64,000 bases of DNA from Elusimicrobiota bacterium (GCA_027319565.1 DAHVNA010000001.1:107526-171525), one strand, 5' to 3'; counted from the first letter of the stretch, positions 27,453 through 37,957 are shown. Made by a program: numbers and translations. Notes: generated from the sequence alone by a model not told the origin.

Positions 27453-28910
27453 CTAGACAGCCGCCATGTCTTTTTTTGGGGCTTCGGCTTTGGCGGTTTT
27501 TCGATTTCGCAGATACTGGAAAAACTCTTTTCCTTCCCGCAGACGGCGTCTGCGCTCGTTGGGATCTTTGAGCATTCCGGCCAGTATTCTCAAAATGGGT
27601 TTCGGGCGGGCATAGAACCGTGAATAAAAGCGCAAGACCGCCTGTTCAATCTCAGAGCTTGAAAGATGCGGATAGTGAAGCGTGCAGGCCTGGGTGCCGT
27701 CCGAGCGGGACAAAGCGCTTTCGTCATACCATTTGTTGGCCATCGCTTGGCGATAAAGTTCGGTGCCGGGATAGGGTGCCGACAAGGAGACCTGGATCGT
27801 CTTAACGTCGAGTTCGCAGGCGTATTTCATCGTTTCTTCGATAGTGTCCTTGGTCTCGCCGGGAAGGCCCAGAATAAAACAGCCGTGAATATCAATTCCA
27901 AGTTTTCGGCAGTTTTTCGTAAATTCCTTGGCGATATCGGTGCGGACGCCTTTTTTGATGTTGTTGAGAATTTGCTGATTGCCGGATTCATATCCGACGA
28001 GCAAGAGGCGAAGCCCATTTTCCCTGAATATTTTTAAATATTCATAAGGGATGTTCGCGCGTGAATTGCAAGCCCAGGTAATTCCCAGTTTTTTAAGCCC
28101 TTTGGCGATTTCAACGGCGCGAGAGAGATTAGCCGTGAAGGTATCGTCATCAAAGAAAAAATCCTTGACTTGAGGAAACATTTCTTTGGCCCGGGCCATT
28201 TCAGCGATAACGCTTTGAGCGGAACGGACGCGATAAAGATGTCCGCTGACGGTTTGGGGCCACAGGCAAAAGCTGCAACGGGCCGGGCAGCCGCGGCCGG
28301 TGTAGAGAGAAAGATAGGGGTGTCGCAGATAGCCGTTAAAATAGTTTTCGATGGTTAAATCTCTTTTGTAAACATCGATGACGGAGGGAAGTTCATCCAT
28401 GTTTTCAATCAGCGGGCGATCGTTGTTGTGAAAGATCGCTCCATTTTTTCGATAACTCATCCCTAAAATATCTTCCCAAGGTTTTCCTTGTGCGATTTCA
28501 AGAATGGTATAGTCAAATTCTTCGCGGGCGACAAAGTCGAGATGCGGAGCGGCTTCCAATGACTCTTGGGGCAAAACCGCGACATGGGCGCCGACAAATC
28601 CCATGAGCATCTGAGGATAAGTGTCTTTGAGGGCTTTGGCCACTTTAATGTCGCTGTCGAAAGAGGGAGTGGAGGTATGAATGACGCAGAGTTCAAAGCC
28701 CTTGGCCCTTTGGATGACTTCGGCTAAACTCAAATCATCGGCGGGAGCGTCGATCAGTTTTGAACTTGGAATCATCGCCGCCGGCTGGGCCAACCAGGTT
28801 GGATACCAAAACGAGCGCACCTCCCGAGTGGTTTGATAGCGGGATCCGGCTCCGCCGTCGAATCCTTCAAAAGAAGGTGGATTTAGAAAAAGGGTTCTCA
28901 TTGTATTCAT
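27453..28910 (-). CDS. hpnJ: Hopanoid biosynthesis-associated radical SAM protein
   Basis: PPSFEGFDGGAGSRYQ...SFWYPTWLAQPAA; GRGCPARCSFCLWPQT (CxxxCxxC); FFFDDDTFT. Confidence 0.95.
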   Translation of the reverse strand: MNTMRTLFLNPPSFEGFDGGAGSRYQTTREVRSFWYPTWLAQPAAMIPSSKLIDAPADDLSLAEVIQRAKGFELCVIHTSTPSFDSDIKVAKALKDTYPQMLMGFVGAHVAVLPQESLEAAPHLDFVAREEFDYTILEIAQGKPWEDILGMSYRKNGAIFHNNDRPLIENMDELPSVIDVYKRDLTIENYFNGYLRHPYLSLYTGRGCPARCSFCLWPQTVSGHLYRVRSAQSVIAEMARAKEMFPQVKDFFFDDDTFTANLSRAVEIAKGLKKLGITWACNSRANIPYEYLKIFRENGLRLLLVGYESGNQQILNNIKKGVRTDIAKEFTKNCRKLGIDIHGCFILGLPGETKDTIEETMKYACELDVKTIQVSLSAPYPGTELYRQAMANKWYDESALSRSDGTQACTLHYPHLSSSEIEQAVLRFYSRFYARPKPILRILAGMLKDPNERRRRLREGKEFFQYLRNRKTAKAEAPKKDMAAV

Positions 28911-28928
28911 CGGGATATACCTCTTTAT

Positions 28929-29435
28929 TTAGGCGGCAGACGGAATCAACTTCAGAGCGGCTGTTTCAAGCGAGAAAAGCGTGGCGGTAAAAAATAGGTC
29001 GCCTAGGGCCGAGTTTCTTAAAAAGGGAAGGGCGGCGGTATAGCAAGCCAGAAGCCCTGAACTGTTGTGGGGGTAGAGACTTGAAGTCGCCCAAACCCCA
29101 AAATTAGTCACGACAAAAAATAGAAGAGAGCTCGTTACGCAGGCTAGGGCGATGGTTTGGGCGTTTCGGCGGCTTTTGAGGAAAAGCCCCAGAGCCGAGA
29201 CTAAAATGAAGGAAGCGTAGACAAACGGCATGGTTCCGTGAAAGCCCAGAAATAAATCGCTGACAAAAAGCGCCGCCAGGGGGACGGTCAAAGCCAAGGC
29301 GGGGGATAAATAAGCTCCGCCCAGAAGCGCGATGGCGGTTAAAGGGGTGACATTGGCCGGATGGGGCAAAAGCCGTGCCACGGCCCCCATTAAAATGATG
29401 CTGGCCGTAACTGTGATTGTTTTCTTGTTATTCAT
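28929..29435 (-). CDS. Small integral membrane protein, DUF6580-like putative transporter component
   Basis: RLLPHPANVTPLTAIAL...SDLFLG...FFVVTNFGVW...LACYTAALPF. Confidence 0.7.
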   Translation of the reverse strand: MNNKKTITVTASIILMGAVARLLPHPANVTPLTAIALLGGAYLSPALALTVPLAALFVSDLFLGFHGTMPFVYASFILVSALGLFLKSRRNAQTIALACVTSSLLFFVVTNFGVWATSSLYPHNSSGLLACYTAALPFLRNSALGDLFFTATLFSLETAALKLIPSAA

Positions 29436-29444
29436 ATCTTTTCT

Positions 29445-29453
29445 ATTATACCA
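29445..29453 (-). promoter_or_regulatory. Extended -10 TGgTATAAT 9 nt before the start of the DUF6580-like gene
   Basis: Perfect consensus in a 24-nt intergenic gap. Confidence 0.55.
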
Positions 29454-29459
29454 AATTAA

Positions 29460-30170
29460 TTAACTCCGCATTAAAAGAAGGCTGCCCTCAAAAAGAAGTA
29501 TTGAAAACGCGGCGAGCGCGATTTGTGAAACCGGATCGGGGGTGACGAGAACGGGCGCGATAAAGCAAAGGAGATAAATCTGCCGCCAATATCCCCGCAA
29601 AACCGATTTTTTAAGAAGCCCCGCCCGGTTGAGCCCGTAGAGAATCAAGGGAAATTGAAAAAGAAGTCCGCAGCCGAGCATGAGATGAACGACAAAGCGC
29701 AGGTAATGCTCGAGCCCGATCAAGGGTTTAATTTGAGGCGTTCGATAGGATAAAAGAAATTTGAGCGCGGCGGGAACGGCGATGAAAAAAGCGAGACAAG
29801 CTCCGACTAAAAAAAGAAGATAAGAGATGGGAATCATCGTCAGAATTCTTTTTTTCCAAGACTCCGAGAGGGCCGGAGCCGCGAAAAGATAGGCTTGGCC
29901 TAAAATAAAAGGCAAGGTCAGTATTAGCCCGGCAAAAGCGGAGACCTCAAGCCGGGTGAAGAAGGCTTCGGTCGGGTTCATAAAGACAAGATATCCGACC
30001 GGCCTTGCCAAAAATGAGAGAAGGGGGCCTGAAAAATAAAATCCGATGGCGACCCCAACGGAAAGAATGGCGACTGAAATAGTGACTCTTTTTCTCAGTT
30101 CATCAAGATGCGACAAAAAAGGCATTGTCGCCTCTGTTTTGACGGGAGCTTCAAGAACCTCTGCGCTCAT
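29460..30170 (-). CDS. tatC: Twin-arginine translocase TatC
   Basis: MPFLSHLDELRKR, PTEAF, FQFPL, TPDPVSQ, LLFE. Confidence 0.95.
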   Translation of the reverse strand: MSAEVLEAPVKTEATMPFLSHLDELRKRVTISVAILSVGVAIGFYFSGPLLSFLARPVGYLVFMNPTEAFFTRLEVSAFAGLILTLPFILGQAYLFAAPALSESWKKRILTMIPISYLLFLVGACLAFFIAVPAALKFLLSYRTPQIKPLIGLEHYLRFVVHLMLGCGLLFQFPLILYGLNRAGLLKKSVLRGYWRQIYLLCFIAPVLVTPDPVSQIALAAFSILLFEGSLLLMRS

Positions 30171-30556
30171 GGGGCCGGGAATAGGGTCTCTTCTTTTCCT
30201 TCAAACCAAGGCAATCGAATGACCTTGATTCCGAGATTTTTAATGAGGGCTTCGGTCTCCTCGTCTGGAATTTTCTGATCATAACCCAAGGCTAGAATGT
30301 CCGGCTTTTCCTTTAAAAGCGATTGGGAAAAGCTGTTTTCTTCTCCGACTCGGGCCGAATCGGCGATTTTAAGATCTTTGATCCATTGAAGGCGAATGGC
30401 GGACGGGACGGCATTCGCCTTTTTGTTGTGGGTGTCGCTGGACAAAATAACAATCAACTCATCTCCAAGATTTCGCGCTTCCTTAAGCATCTTAAGATGA
30501 GCTTTGTGGACGCGGTTAAAGCATCCAGCGGTGAATACTTTGCGCTTGGAGCTCAA
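30167..30556 (-). CDS. Small cytidylyl/adenylyltransferase-family protein (RibL/TagD-like)
   Basis: VFTAGCFNRVHKAH (HxGH variant), LGDELIV, KPDILALGYDQ. Confidence 0.75.
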   Translation of the reverse strand: MSSKRKVFTAGCFNRVHKAHLKMLKEARNLGDELIVILSSDTHNKKANAVPSAIRLQWIKDLKIADSARVGEENSFSQSLLKEKPDILALGYDQKIPDEETEALIKNLGIKVIRLPWFEGKEETLFPAP

Positions 30557-30559
30557 TGT

Positions 30560-30754
30560 CTAAGGTTTTGGGAGAGCGTCCTGGGTTTTGGCCGCTTCGA
30601 TTTTTTTGTCTTCTTCCAGGCCTTCCTTGAGGCCTTGCTTGAACATGTTGACCGCGCGTCCGCATTGCTTGGCGAATTCCGGTATTTTATTGGGGCCAAA
30701 CAAAATGAGCCCGACAATTAGAATAACTAGAATTTCTCCGAAAGAAAGATCCAT
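30560..30754 (-). CDS. tatA: Twin-arginine translocase TatA/E
   Basis: MDLSFGEILVILIVGLILFGPNKIPE...FKQG; SD GGAGG before ATG 30754 (shorter than the ORF track). Confidence 0.92.
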   Translation of the reverse strand: MDLSFGEILVILIVGLILFGPNKIPEFAKQCGRAVNMFKQGLKEGLEEDKKIEAAKTQDALPKP

Positions 30755-30810
30755 AATTCCTCCATCAAGAAGGGGACATCTCCCACTTCTTTTATATATC
30801 ATATCACGAA

Positions 30811-31506
30811 ATGAAGCGGGCGAACCGTTATTGGGGTGTCGGGGTGGCGGTTTTTTTTCTTTCTGCCTGTTCCAACAAGAAAATGGCGGGCGGAAATGGG
30901 CGCGCTTATTATCAGGCTTTGAATTGCCAGGTCTGTCACCGCATTGGAAATGAAGGGGGAGCTCAAAAAGGGCCGGATCTCTCTTTTGTCGGGTTTCGGA
31001 AAAGCGCCGACTGGCTTAATCTCTGGCTTAAAAATCCCCAGGCTTGGAAACCGCAAACCCCCATGCCGAATTTCCATCTATCCTCTTCGGCGCGCAAGGC
31101 CCTGGTGGAATATTTGTCAAGCCTTAAAGGCCAGGTTTTTGATGGACATCGGCCATGGAATACTCCGGAGATTCGCCGCGATCCTATTTTGCGCGGGCAT
31201 ATAATTTATATTCGGGTTGGTTGCGTAACCTGTCATGGAATTGGCGGCGTTGGCGGTTATCCCGACAACAATGTCGTGGGGGGGCTGATTCCACCGCTCA
31301 ATTCCGTTTCGCAGTCGTTTACCAAAGAGGAATTGATTCGGAAAATAAAATTGGGCGCGACGCCCCAGAAAGCCAACCCCGAAGGTCCTACGCCGCTTCT
31401 TCAGATGCCAGCTTGGGGGCAGGTTTTAAGCGATGGGGAAATTTCCGCGGTCGCCGATTATCTTCTTTCGCTTAAATCCAAACAATCGGCGGCGGGAAAT
31501 TGGTAG
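30811..31506 (+). CDS. Dihaem c-type cytochrome lipoprotein
   Basis: Lipobox FLSAC; CQVCH and CVTCH; candidate axial Met in TPMP and LQMP. Confidence 0.88.
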   Translation: MKRANRYWGVGVAVFFLSACSNKKMAGGNGRAYYQALNCQVCHRIGNEGGAQKGPDLSFVGFRKSADWLNLWLKNPQAWKPQTPMPNFHLSSSARKALVEYLSSLKGQVFDGHRPWNTPEIRRDPILRGHIIYIRVGCVTCHGIGGVGGYPDNNVVGGLIPPLNSVSQSFTKEELIRKIKLGATPQKANPEGPTPLLQMPAWGQVLSDGEISAVADYLLSLKSKQSAAGNW

Positions 31507-31519
31507 GATGAAAAGATAG

Positions 31520-32143
31520 ATGGCAATTTCAAGCTTGCGCGGGCGCGTGATTGATTCCAGAAACGATCGGGTGGTGTTTGAGGTTTCCGGCGTGGGCTAT
31601 GAGGTTTTTGTTTCCCGCGGGGCTATCGAAAGAATGATTCAAGAAGGCAATGGCGAGATTTTGATTCAAATCGTGTCTGTATCCGCAATGTATGGAGGCG
31701 GAGAAACCTTCTACGGCTTTTTGACGGCGGAAGAAAAAGAGGTGTTTTTGCTTTTTAAAGACAATATCCCCGGAACCGGGGCGAAAAAAGCCATGGAGTA
31801 TGTGGAAAAAGCCGCGAAGTCTTTTCCTGATTTTCGGCGCGCCGTCCTCGAGAAAGACTCAAAAGTCTTGGGAGCGATTTTCGGCTTTACCTCTAAAACC
31901 GCGGACAAATTAATCGCCGGGCTTAAAGACAAGATCGGGGATATATCGCTAGGCGGAGTCGAAAAAATACGGCGCGCGCCCTTGGCGGCGGATACTTCTC
32001 TGTCTCAGGTTTTGAACGCTTTGTCGAGCTTGGGATATAAAAATTCGGAAGCGCGAGCGGCTTTAGAGGCCGTCATTGGCGAAAACGGAGAGGCGAATTT
32101 GAGCGCGGAGGAAATCGTGCGCCGAGCGCTTAAGAAACTCTAA
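31520..32143 (+). CDS. ruvA: Holliday junction branch migration protein RuvA
   Basis: [32 protein letters not shown]; precedes ruvB. Confidence 0.93.
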   Translation: MAISSLRGRVIDSRNDRVVFEVSGVGYEVFVSRGAIERMIQEGNGEILIQIVSVSAMYGGGETFYGFLTAEEKEVFLLFKDNIPGTGAKKAMEYVEKAAKSFPDFRRAVLEKDSKVLGAIFGFTSKTADKLIAGLKDKIGDISLGGVEKIRRAPLAADTSLSQVLNALSSLGYKNSEARAALEAVIGENGEANLSAEEIVRRALKKL

Positions 32144-33174
32144 TGGGCGAGATTTCAGAGTCGGTTCTAATGCCGGATCCTGCGGCGGGAGAAGAGATTT
32201 TTGACCGAGCCCTTCGCCCCAAGACTCTAGATGAATTTATCGGCCAAGAAAAACTCAAGGCCAACTTAAGGGTCTTTATCGAGGCCGCGCGCAAACGCAA
32301 GGAGCCCTTGGACCATTGCCTCTTTTATTCTCCTCCGGGGCTCGGGAAAACGACCTTGTCCTATATCCTGGCGCGGGAAATGGGCGTTAATTTGAGAACT
32401 TCCTCGGGGCCTATTTTAGAGCGCGCCGGAGATTTGGCCGCTCTTTTGACTGATTTAAGCGAGGGCGATATTTTCTTCATCGATGAAATTCACCGTTTAA
32501 ACGCGGTGGTTGAAGAAGCTCTTTATCCAGTGATGGAAGATTTCACTTTTTTTGTTTCGACAGGTAAGGGCCCTTCCGCTTCAGTTTTAAAATTAGCGGT
32601 TCCGCGCTTTACCTTGGTGGGGGCGACGACCCGGGCCGGGCTTTTAACCGGGCCGCTGAGAGACCGCTTTGGCATCGTCGGCAATCTCGGCTTTTATGAC
32701 AATGCGGAGCTTGAAAAAATCGTTCTTCGTAGCGCCGGAATTTTAAAAATTCGCATATCCAATGACGGAGCTTCGGAGATTGCTCGCCGCTGCCGCCAAA
32801 CCCCCAGAATCGCCAACCGCCTTTTGCGTCGCGTGCGCGATTTCGCGGATGTCAAAGGCCAAGGCCTTATTGATGGCCCCATCGCTCGTTATGGCTTGGA
32901 TGCTCTTGAAGTTGATGCGGAGGGCTTGGACGCCGGCGACCGCCGGCTTTTGTCCGCGTTGATCGAGAAATTTTCCGGCGGACCCGTCGGCCTTGAAAAT
33001 CTGGCGATCGCGGTGGGAGAAGAGTTGGACACCTTGACCGATGTCATCGAGCCTTTCTTGATTCAGTCCGGATTTATGTCCCGCACCCCGCGGGGAAGAG
33101 TCGCTTCCCAAAAAGCGTATCGGCATTTAAATTTTCCCGTTCCTCCCGTGCAACAAGATGCCGGGCTCTTCTAG
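32143..33174 (+). CDS. ruvB: Holliday junction DNA helicase RuvB
   Basis: [59 protein letters not shown]. Confidence 0.98.
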   Translation: MGEISESVLMPDPAAGEEIFDRALRPKTLDEFIGQEKLKANLRVFIEAARKRKEPLDHCLFYSPPGLGKTTLSYILAREMGVNLRTSSGPILERAGDLAALLTDLSEGDIFFIDEIHRLNAVVEEALYPVMEDFTFFVSTGKGPSASVLKLAVPRFTLVGATTRAGLLTGPLRDRFGIVGNLGFYDNAELEKIVLRSAGILKIRISNDGASEIARRCRQTPRIANRLLRRVRDFADVKGQGLIDGPIARYGLDALEVDAEGLDAGDRRLLSALIEKFSGGPVGLENLAIAVGEELDTLTDVIEPFLIQSGFMSRTPRGRVASQKAYRHLNFPVPPVQQDAGLF

Positions 33175-34303
33175 TCTTTCCAAGGCCGCTTTTTTCGCTT
33201 TAACCTTGATTTCTCTTGTCTCTCTAAACGCCTGGTCTCATGAGCGTTCGATTCGGGTGGGGATCGTTCCGCAGGCGGATTCATTTGTCTTTGTGGTTCA
33301 GGGCCATTACCAGGCGCTTGATTTTTTGGGACGTTCCAAAAATCTCGTGGATGGAAAGACCTACACCGTTAAACCATCCGCGAAACTTTTATCGTTAGGC
33401 CGCTGGACCTTGCCGGCCAAGGCTTGGCTTAAGAGCCAAGATCCCCATGCGGCTCTCTGGATCGGAGGACGGCGCTATCCCGGAAATTTTTTGGTGCTTC
33501 TAAATTCCAATAAGACGGTTACGGGAATTGAAATTATCGGCATTGAGACTTACTTGCTTGGAGTGGTCGGCCATGAGATGGACGCGTCTTGGCCGCTAGA
33601 GGCTTTAAAGGCCCAGGCGGTGGTGGCTAGAACCTTTGCCTATTTTCAGCTTGAGAAATACCATTCCCAGGGTTATGACTTGGGAGATGACGCGGGTTCT
33701 CAGGTCTACGGCGGGGTCAATCAAACGCCGAAAAACGTCGTTCTAGCGGTTGAGAAAACCAAGGGAGAAGTTTTAGGCTATCGGGGAAAACTCTTGAGCG
33801 TCTATTATCACTCTTGTTGCGGCGGCCATACCGCGGATGCGGGATGGGTGTGGGGATTTAAGAATACGCCGCGGCCTCTAAGGGGGGTGCGCGACCCTTA
33901 TTGCAAATTTTCCCCCGATTACCGTTGGAAGGTTTTTTTTAGATCGGATGAAATCAAGGCCGCGCTCGAGAGCCGCCGACTTTTGGGGGGAGCGCTTAAG
34001 TTTTTTAGAATCGGAACCGAGAAATATGATTACGCTAAAAGTTTCAAAGCTCAAATTGGAGATACCCCTTTGAGCGTGGATGCCAACCGATTTCGTTTGG
34101 CCTTGGGGCCTTCCAGCCTCAAAAGCGTGCGGATTTTTAGGATTAAAAGAGAATCGGGCGGCGTTGAGTTTTCCGGCGCGGGCTCGGGACACGGGGTGGG
34201 CCTTTGCCAATGGGGCGCGCGCGGCCAAGCCATGCGCGGCAGAAGCTATGAGAAGATCCTGAAATTTTATTTTCCCGGTTCGGTTCTTTCTGTCGTCGAG
34301 TAA
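33158..34303 (+). CDS. SpoIID/LytB domain protein (peptidoglycan lytic enzyme)
   Basis: [61 protein letters not shown]. Confidence 0.93.
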   Translation: MPGSSSLSKAAFFALTLISLVSLNAWSHERSIRVGIVPQADSFVFVVQGHYQALDFLGRSKNLVDGKTYTVKPSAKLLSLGRWTLPAKAWLKSQDPHAALWIGGRRYPGNFLVLLNSNKTVTGIEIIGIETYLLGVVGHEMDASWPLEALKAQAVVARTFAYFQLEKYHSQGYDLGDDAGSQVYGGVNQTPKNVVLAVEKTKGEVLGYRGKLLSVYYHSCCGGHTADAGWVWGFKNTPRPLRGVRDPYCKFSPDYRWKVFFRSDEIKAALESRRLLGGALKFFRIGTEKYDYAKSFKAQIGDTPLSVDANRFRLALGPSSLKSVRIFRIKRESGGVEFSGAGSGHGVGLCQWGARGQAMRGRSYEKILKFYFPGSVLSVVE

Positions 34304-34337
34304 AAATGATTTTTTAGGTTTTTATGATCACTGCCTC

Positions 34338-34366
34338 TTGAATCTTCGTTTCAGTTCTGTTAATCT
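34338..34366 (+). promoter_or_regulatory. Sigma70-type promoter of the signalling cluster
   Basis: TTGAAT-17 nt-TAATCT with TGn extension. Confidence 0.5.
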
Positions 34367-34414
34367 GTTGGAGGTGTCGGTTGGTTAAAGGGTTTAAGAA
34401 ACGGGAGAACGGTC

Positions 34415-34852
34415 ATGAACTATCATCTAAAACGGATTAATCCATATTGGCATAATCATCCCATGATTCCCACCGGGGTCGTGGTGGGAGTTATCTGCGC
34501 GGCCATGGGCTTTGCCGCTCAACGCCCGGCTATAGAAATCGTAGGAGTGTCGATCGCGGGATTATCTCTCTTTGTCGCGGTCAAGCCCGTCTTTTCCCTC
34601 TTGTTTTCTTTGATTGGGCTTTTTGGAGGAGTCAGCACGTTTTTGATCGCCCCCGGGCTTAACGCCGACAGCTTGACGCCACCGCTTAAGTTTATTTCCA
34701 TTCTTCTATTCACCGCGTTTTATGCGGCGCTCATGGACGCGATGCTTTTGGTCGTGGCGGTGATTTATAATTTCCTGGTCGGCCCTGGGGGCCTTTCCGG
34801 GCTTCATCTTGAATTATCCGAGGCGGAGGCGGAAGAAGAGGTCGAGGGATGA
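34415..34852 (+). CDS. Hypothetical membrane protein (about 4 TM, acidic tail)
   Basis: SD GGGAG; hydrophobic segments; ATGA coupling to the next gene. Confidence 0.7.
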   Translation: MNYHLKRINPYWHNHPMIPTGVVVGVICAAMGFAAQRPAIEIVGVSIAGLSLFVAVKPVFSLLFSLIGLFGGVSTFLIAPGLNADSLTPPLKFISILLFTAFYAALMDAMLLVVAVIYNFLVGPGGLSGLHLELSEAEAEEEVEG

Positions 34853-35673
34853 AAATCAACGCCATTTACGCCTCGCGCGAACCCAATCGCGCAGCAGTTT
34901 TAATTGAAGCGTTATCGGCCAATCAGTTCGCTGTGTCTGTGGCGCAAAAATCCAAAGAGGTTTTGGATCAACTCTCTAAGCAGAACGCTAGTCTTCTTTT
35001 AATGGGAGAAAAACTACTTGATGCTGACGGAGTTTCATTCGTTAAAAACCTAAGGGCCAAAGGGGCTTATAAGCAAATGCCGGTGGTGGCGGTCGTCGAA
35101 CATGGAGAAACCCAGGCGGTTGCCCCGCGGCGGAGCGCATATGCGGCCTTTGGGAAAAAGCCCGTTGACGCCATTCGCGTCAAATTTTCCGGCGAGGGAA
35201 CTTCAAATGGAGTGGCCGCTTCCGCGTCTTCCCAGGCGAGCATTCGCCTCGCGTTTTTTAACGCGGGAGCGGATGAGTGTCTTTCTCTGAATTGGGATGC
35301 GGCGGAATGTGTTGCCCGCATCAAAGCTCTTTTGAGGCGCACCCAAACGGTTCCTTCCGAAGAAATCATCAAGATGGGGCTTATCGAACTTAATTTGACA
35401 AGTTACACCCTTCATATTGGCGGCAAAAAAGTTAATTTAACTTCTAAGGAACTCGATTTGCTTTATGTTTTCCTAAGTTCGTCAAATCGCGTTTTAAGCC
35501 GTCCGTATTTAATTGAGCGCGTCTGGGGATATAACTATTTCGGGTCTCCGCGGACGGTGGATGTTCATGTGAGGCGTTTGCGGGAAAAATTAGGCCCGGC
35601 GGCAAAGTACGTGACGACCATCCCTTGCGTGGGATATAAATTGATTCCCCCAAGTTCTGAAATGCGGAGGTAG
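34849..35673 (+). CDS. OmpR/PhoB-family regulator with degenerate receiver domain
   Basis: Winged helix LTSKELDLL...RVLSR...VWGY...RTVDVHVRRLREKLG...GY; receiver lacks the canonical Asp and Lys. Confidence 0.88.
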   Translation: MKINAIYASREPNRAAVLIEALSANQFAVSVAQKSKEVLDQLSKQNASLLLMGEKLLDADGVSFVKNLRAKGAYKQMPVVAVVEHGETQAVAPRRSAYAAFGKKPVDAIRVKFSGEGTSNGVAASASSQASIRLAFFNAGADECLSLNWDAAECVARIKALLRRTQTVPSEEIIKMGLIELNLTSYTLHIGGKKVNLTSKELDLLYVFLSSSNRVLSRPYLIERVWGYNYFGSPRTVDVHVRRLREKLGPAAKYVTTIPCVGYKLIPPSSEMRR

Positions 35674-35678
35674 CGAAC

Positions 35679-36065
35679 ATGACAAAACAAAGCCATTCCA
35701 AGCTTCTGGTGATCGACGACGACGCCCATCTGCGCGAGAGTTTGGCCGAGGTTTTGGAACTGGACGGATTTGAATGCTTTCAGGCGGGAACGGCCAAGGC
35801 CGGGCTTGAGAGCGCGGCGAAAATCAATCCCGAGATTGTCATCATGGATATTCAATTGCCGGATTCCTCTGGTTTTCAGATATGCCAGGAACTGCGCAAG
35901 CGCTCGAAAACGACGATATTGATTATGATGACGGGGCGTTTTTTGTCTTTAGACGAGAAAAAACAGGGTTTTGCCTTGGGCGCGGATGATTATTTGACCA
36001 AACCTTTCGATATCGTTGAGCTTTCTGCGCGAATCCGGCAAATGCTGACCCGCCGGAAGGGTTAA
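35679..36065 (+). CDS. Single-domain response regulator
   Basis: LVIDDD, IMDIQLPDSSG, MMTG, GADDYLTKPF. Confidence 0.92.
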   Translation: MTKQSHSKLLVIDDDAHLRESLAEVLELDGFECFQAGTAKAGLESAAKINPEIVIMDIQLPDSSGFQICQELRKRSKTTILIMMTGRFLSLDEKKQGFALGADDYLTKPFDIVELSARIRQMLTRRKG

Positions 36066-36076
36066 TCTTAGGCCTC

Positions 36077-37957
36077 ATGCCATCATCGGCTCAAAGAGGC
36101 AAACTCGCCTATAAAATTCTTCTCTGGTTTTTGGTCATTTCTCTAATTCCGATGGGAGTCGCCGGGCTCTATTTGATTAATATTTCCCAGGCTTCTCTTC
36201 ATCAGCAAATTTTGGGGACGGAAAAATCCTTGGCCGAGAGTTTTGCCGAAACGGTCTATAAATATATCGCGACCTATCGGGATATTCTGGAAGAATCCGC
36301 GGCTTTGCCGCAATTTGTTTCGGGAAATAAAGAAGAGGAAGAGTCTTATCTCAAGCGCCTGATGAGCCTTCATGTCGCTATTTTAGAGCTCTCGGTTTTG
36401 GATTCTTCCGGCCATGAAACGATTCGGGAAGGGCGATTCCTCGGGCCCAACCCGCAGTTGCGCGATATGGAATCGGAGGGTTTTTTCGATACGGCTTTGG
36501 CGCGGGGGGAATTTATCGGCGGCCTTAAACGCTTTCAAGGCATTTATCCGACGGTGACAATCGCGGTTTCTATCGGATCGCCGAAATCGGGGCACACTCC
36601 CTTGGGAGTCTTGGCGGCTAAAATCAGCCTCAATGGACTTTCTTCAATGTTGTCCATGGAGTTTCCGCCTTCCAGCCAAACCTCGGCCGCCGTGGCCGCC
36701 CCGGACGGATTTCTGATCGCCCACTCCGATCCGGAAAAAGTTTATAAGCCGGACGCGCGTTTAAACAGCGAGATATTAAAAATTTTAACCACCCAGGTCG
36801 CTGATTCCGGCGGGGGAGAAATAACCCTTTCCGATGGGAAAAACTTTTTAAGCGCTTATGCCGATGTCAATGGTTTGGACTGGATCGTCTATGTTCAAGA
36901 GTCTATTCAAGCCGCCTATCATACGGCGGCGCGAATGCGCTCGCAGATTTTGCGGCTGTTGGTCTGGGTGATTATCGCGATTATCGTTTTATCCTTGGCG
37001 GTTTCAAGGCATATCACGCAGCCATTAAGGGCTCTTAAGGACGCGGCTCGAAAAGTCGGCATGGGGCAATTTGAGGATTTCCCGGAAGTCCTTACCACTA
37101 ACGATGAGATTGGAGATCTGGCCCAAGCGTTTTTGTCGATGAGCGAGTCGTTAAAAGAAAAAACCGGGGAACTGGTCGACACTAAACAAGAGCTTGAACG
37201 CTTGAACCGGACCCTTGAAAAGCGGGTCGAAGCGCGCACAAGAGAACTTAAAGCGGCGCAGGAAGAATTGATCAAAAAAGAGCGCTTAGCCGCGATCGGA
37301 CAGATGGCTTCGGTGGTCGGCCATGAGATACGCAACCCGTTAGCCGTCATCAATAACTCGATTTACTTTATTAAAACGAAATTGGCGTCTGTCTTGGCGC
37401 AGGACCCGAAAGTCTCAAAGCACGTCAAAATCATAGAATCCGAGATTCAACAGGCCAATGGGATTATCAACGAGATATTGACCTATTCACGGCAGCGCGA
37501 GCTTCAGCCCGAGACGGTTCGGCTCAATGATTGGCTGGAAGAGCTTCTTTCGGTGTATCCATTTCCTTCTCATATTACGGTTCAAAAAATTTTCGTTCCC
37601 TCCAATCCGCCGGTTGAAATCGACTTGACCGAGATGCAGCAAGCTTTAAGAAATTTAATTGGGAACGCCATTGAGGTGATGCCGGAAAAAGGGATTTTAG
37701 GCGTTAAGACGTTTTTGTCTCAAGCCAACATGGCGGCTATCGAGATTTCTGACACCGGGCCCGGCATTCCCCCGGAGACGCTTGAAAAAATATTCGCGCC
37801 ATTTTTTACTACCAAGGCCCGCGGAACGGGCCTGGGGCTGGCGGTCGTAAAAAAAGTCATCGATCGCCACGGGGGAAAAGTGGAAGTGGCTAGCGTCGTG
37901 GGGCGCGGGACTATTTTTCGTCTCCATATTCCGATTTCCCAGAAGGTGGAAGCATGA
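36077..37957 (+). CDS. Sensor histidine kinase (TM, Cache-like, TM, HAMP, HisKA, HATPase)
   Basis: ITQPL...DEIGDLA (HAMP); GHEIRNPL; NLIGNAIE; DTGPGI; FFTTK; GTGLGL. Confidence 0.95.
   Translation: MPSSAQRGKLAYKILLWFLVISLIPMGVAGLYLINISQASLHQQILGTEKSLAESFAETVYKYIATYRDILEESAALPQFVSGNKEEEESYLKRLMSLHVAILELSVLDSSGHETIREGRFLGPNPQLRDMESEGFFDTALARGEFIGGLKRFQGIYPTVTIAVSIGSPKSGHTPLGVLAAKISLNGLSSMLSMEFPPSSQTSAAVAAPDGFLIAHSDPEKVYKPDARLNSEILKILTTQVADSGGGEITLSDGKNFLSAYADVNGLDWIVYVQESIQAAYHTAARMRSQILRLLVWVIIAIIVLSLAVSRHITQPLRALKDAARKVGMGQFEDFPEVLTTNDEIGDLAQAFLSMSESLKEKTGELVDTKQELERLNRTLEKRVEARTRELKAAQEELIKKERLAAIGQMASVVGHEIRNPLAVINNSIYFIKTKLASVLAQDPKVSKHVKIIESEIQQANGIINEILTYSRQRELQPETVRLNDWLEELLSVYPFPSHITVQKIFVPSNPPVEIDLTEMQQALRNLIGNAIEVMPEKGILGVKTFLSQANMAAIEISDTGPGIPPETLEKIFAPFFTTKARGTGLGLAVVKKVIDRHGGKVEVASVVGRGTIFRLHIPISQKVEA

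Noticed and set aside
30560..30802. 80-aa version of TatA from the ORF track
   Set aside because: SD GGAGG and the family N-terminus support ATG at 30754
31520..34303. ruvA-ruvB-spoIID without ruvC or queA
   Set aside because: Ordinary housekeeping neighbourhood; the missing genes are often elsewhere
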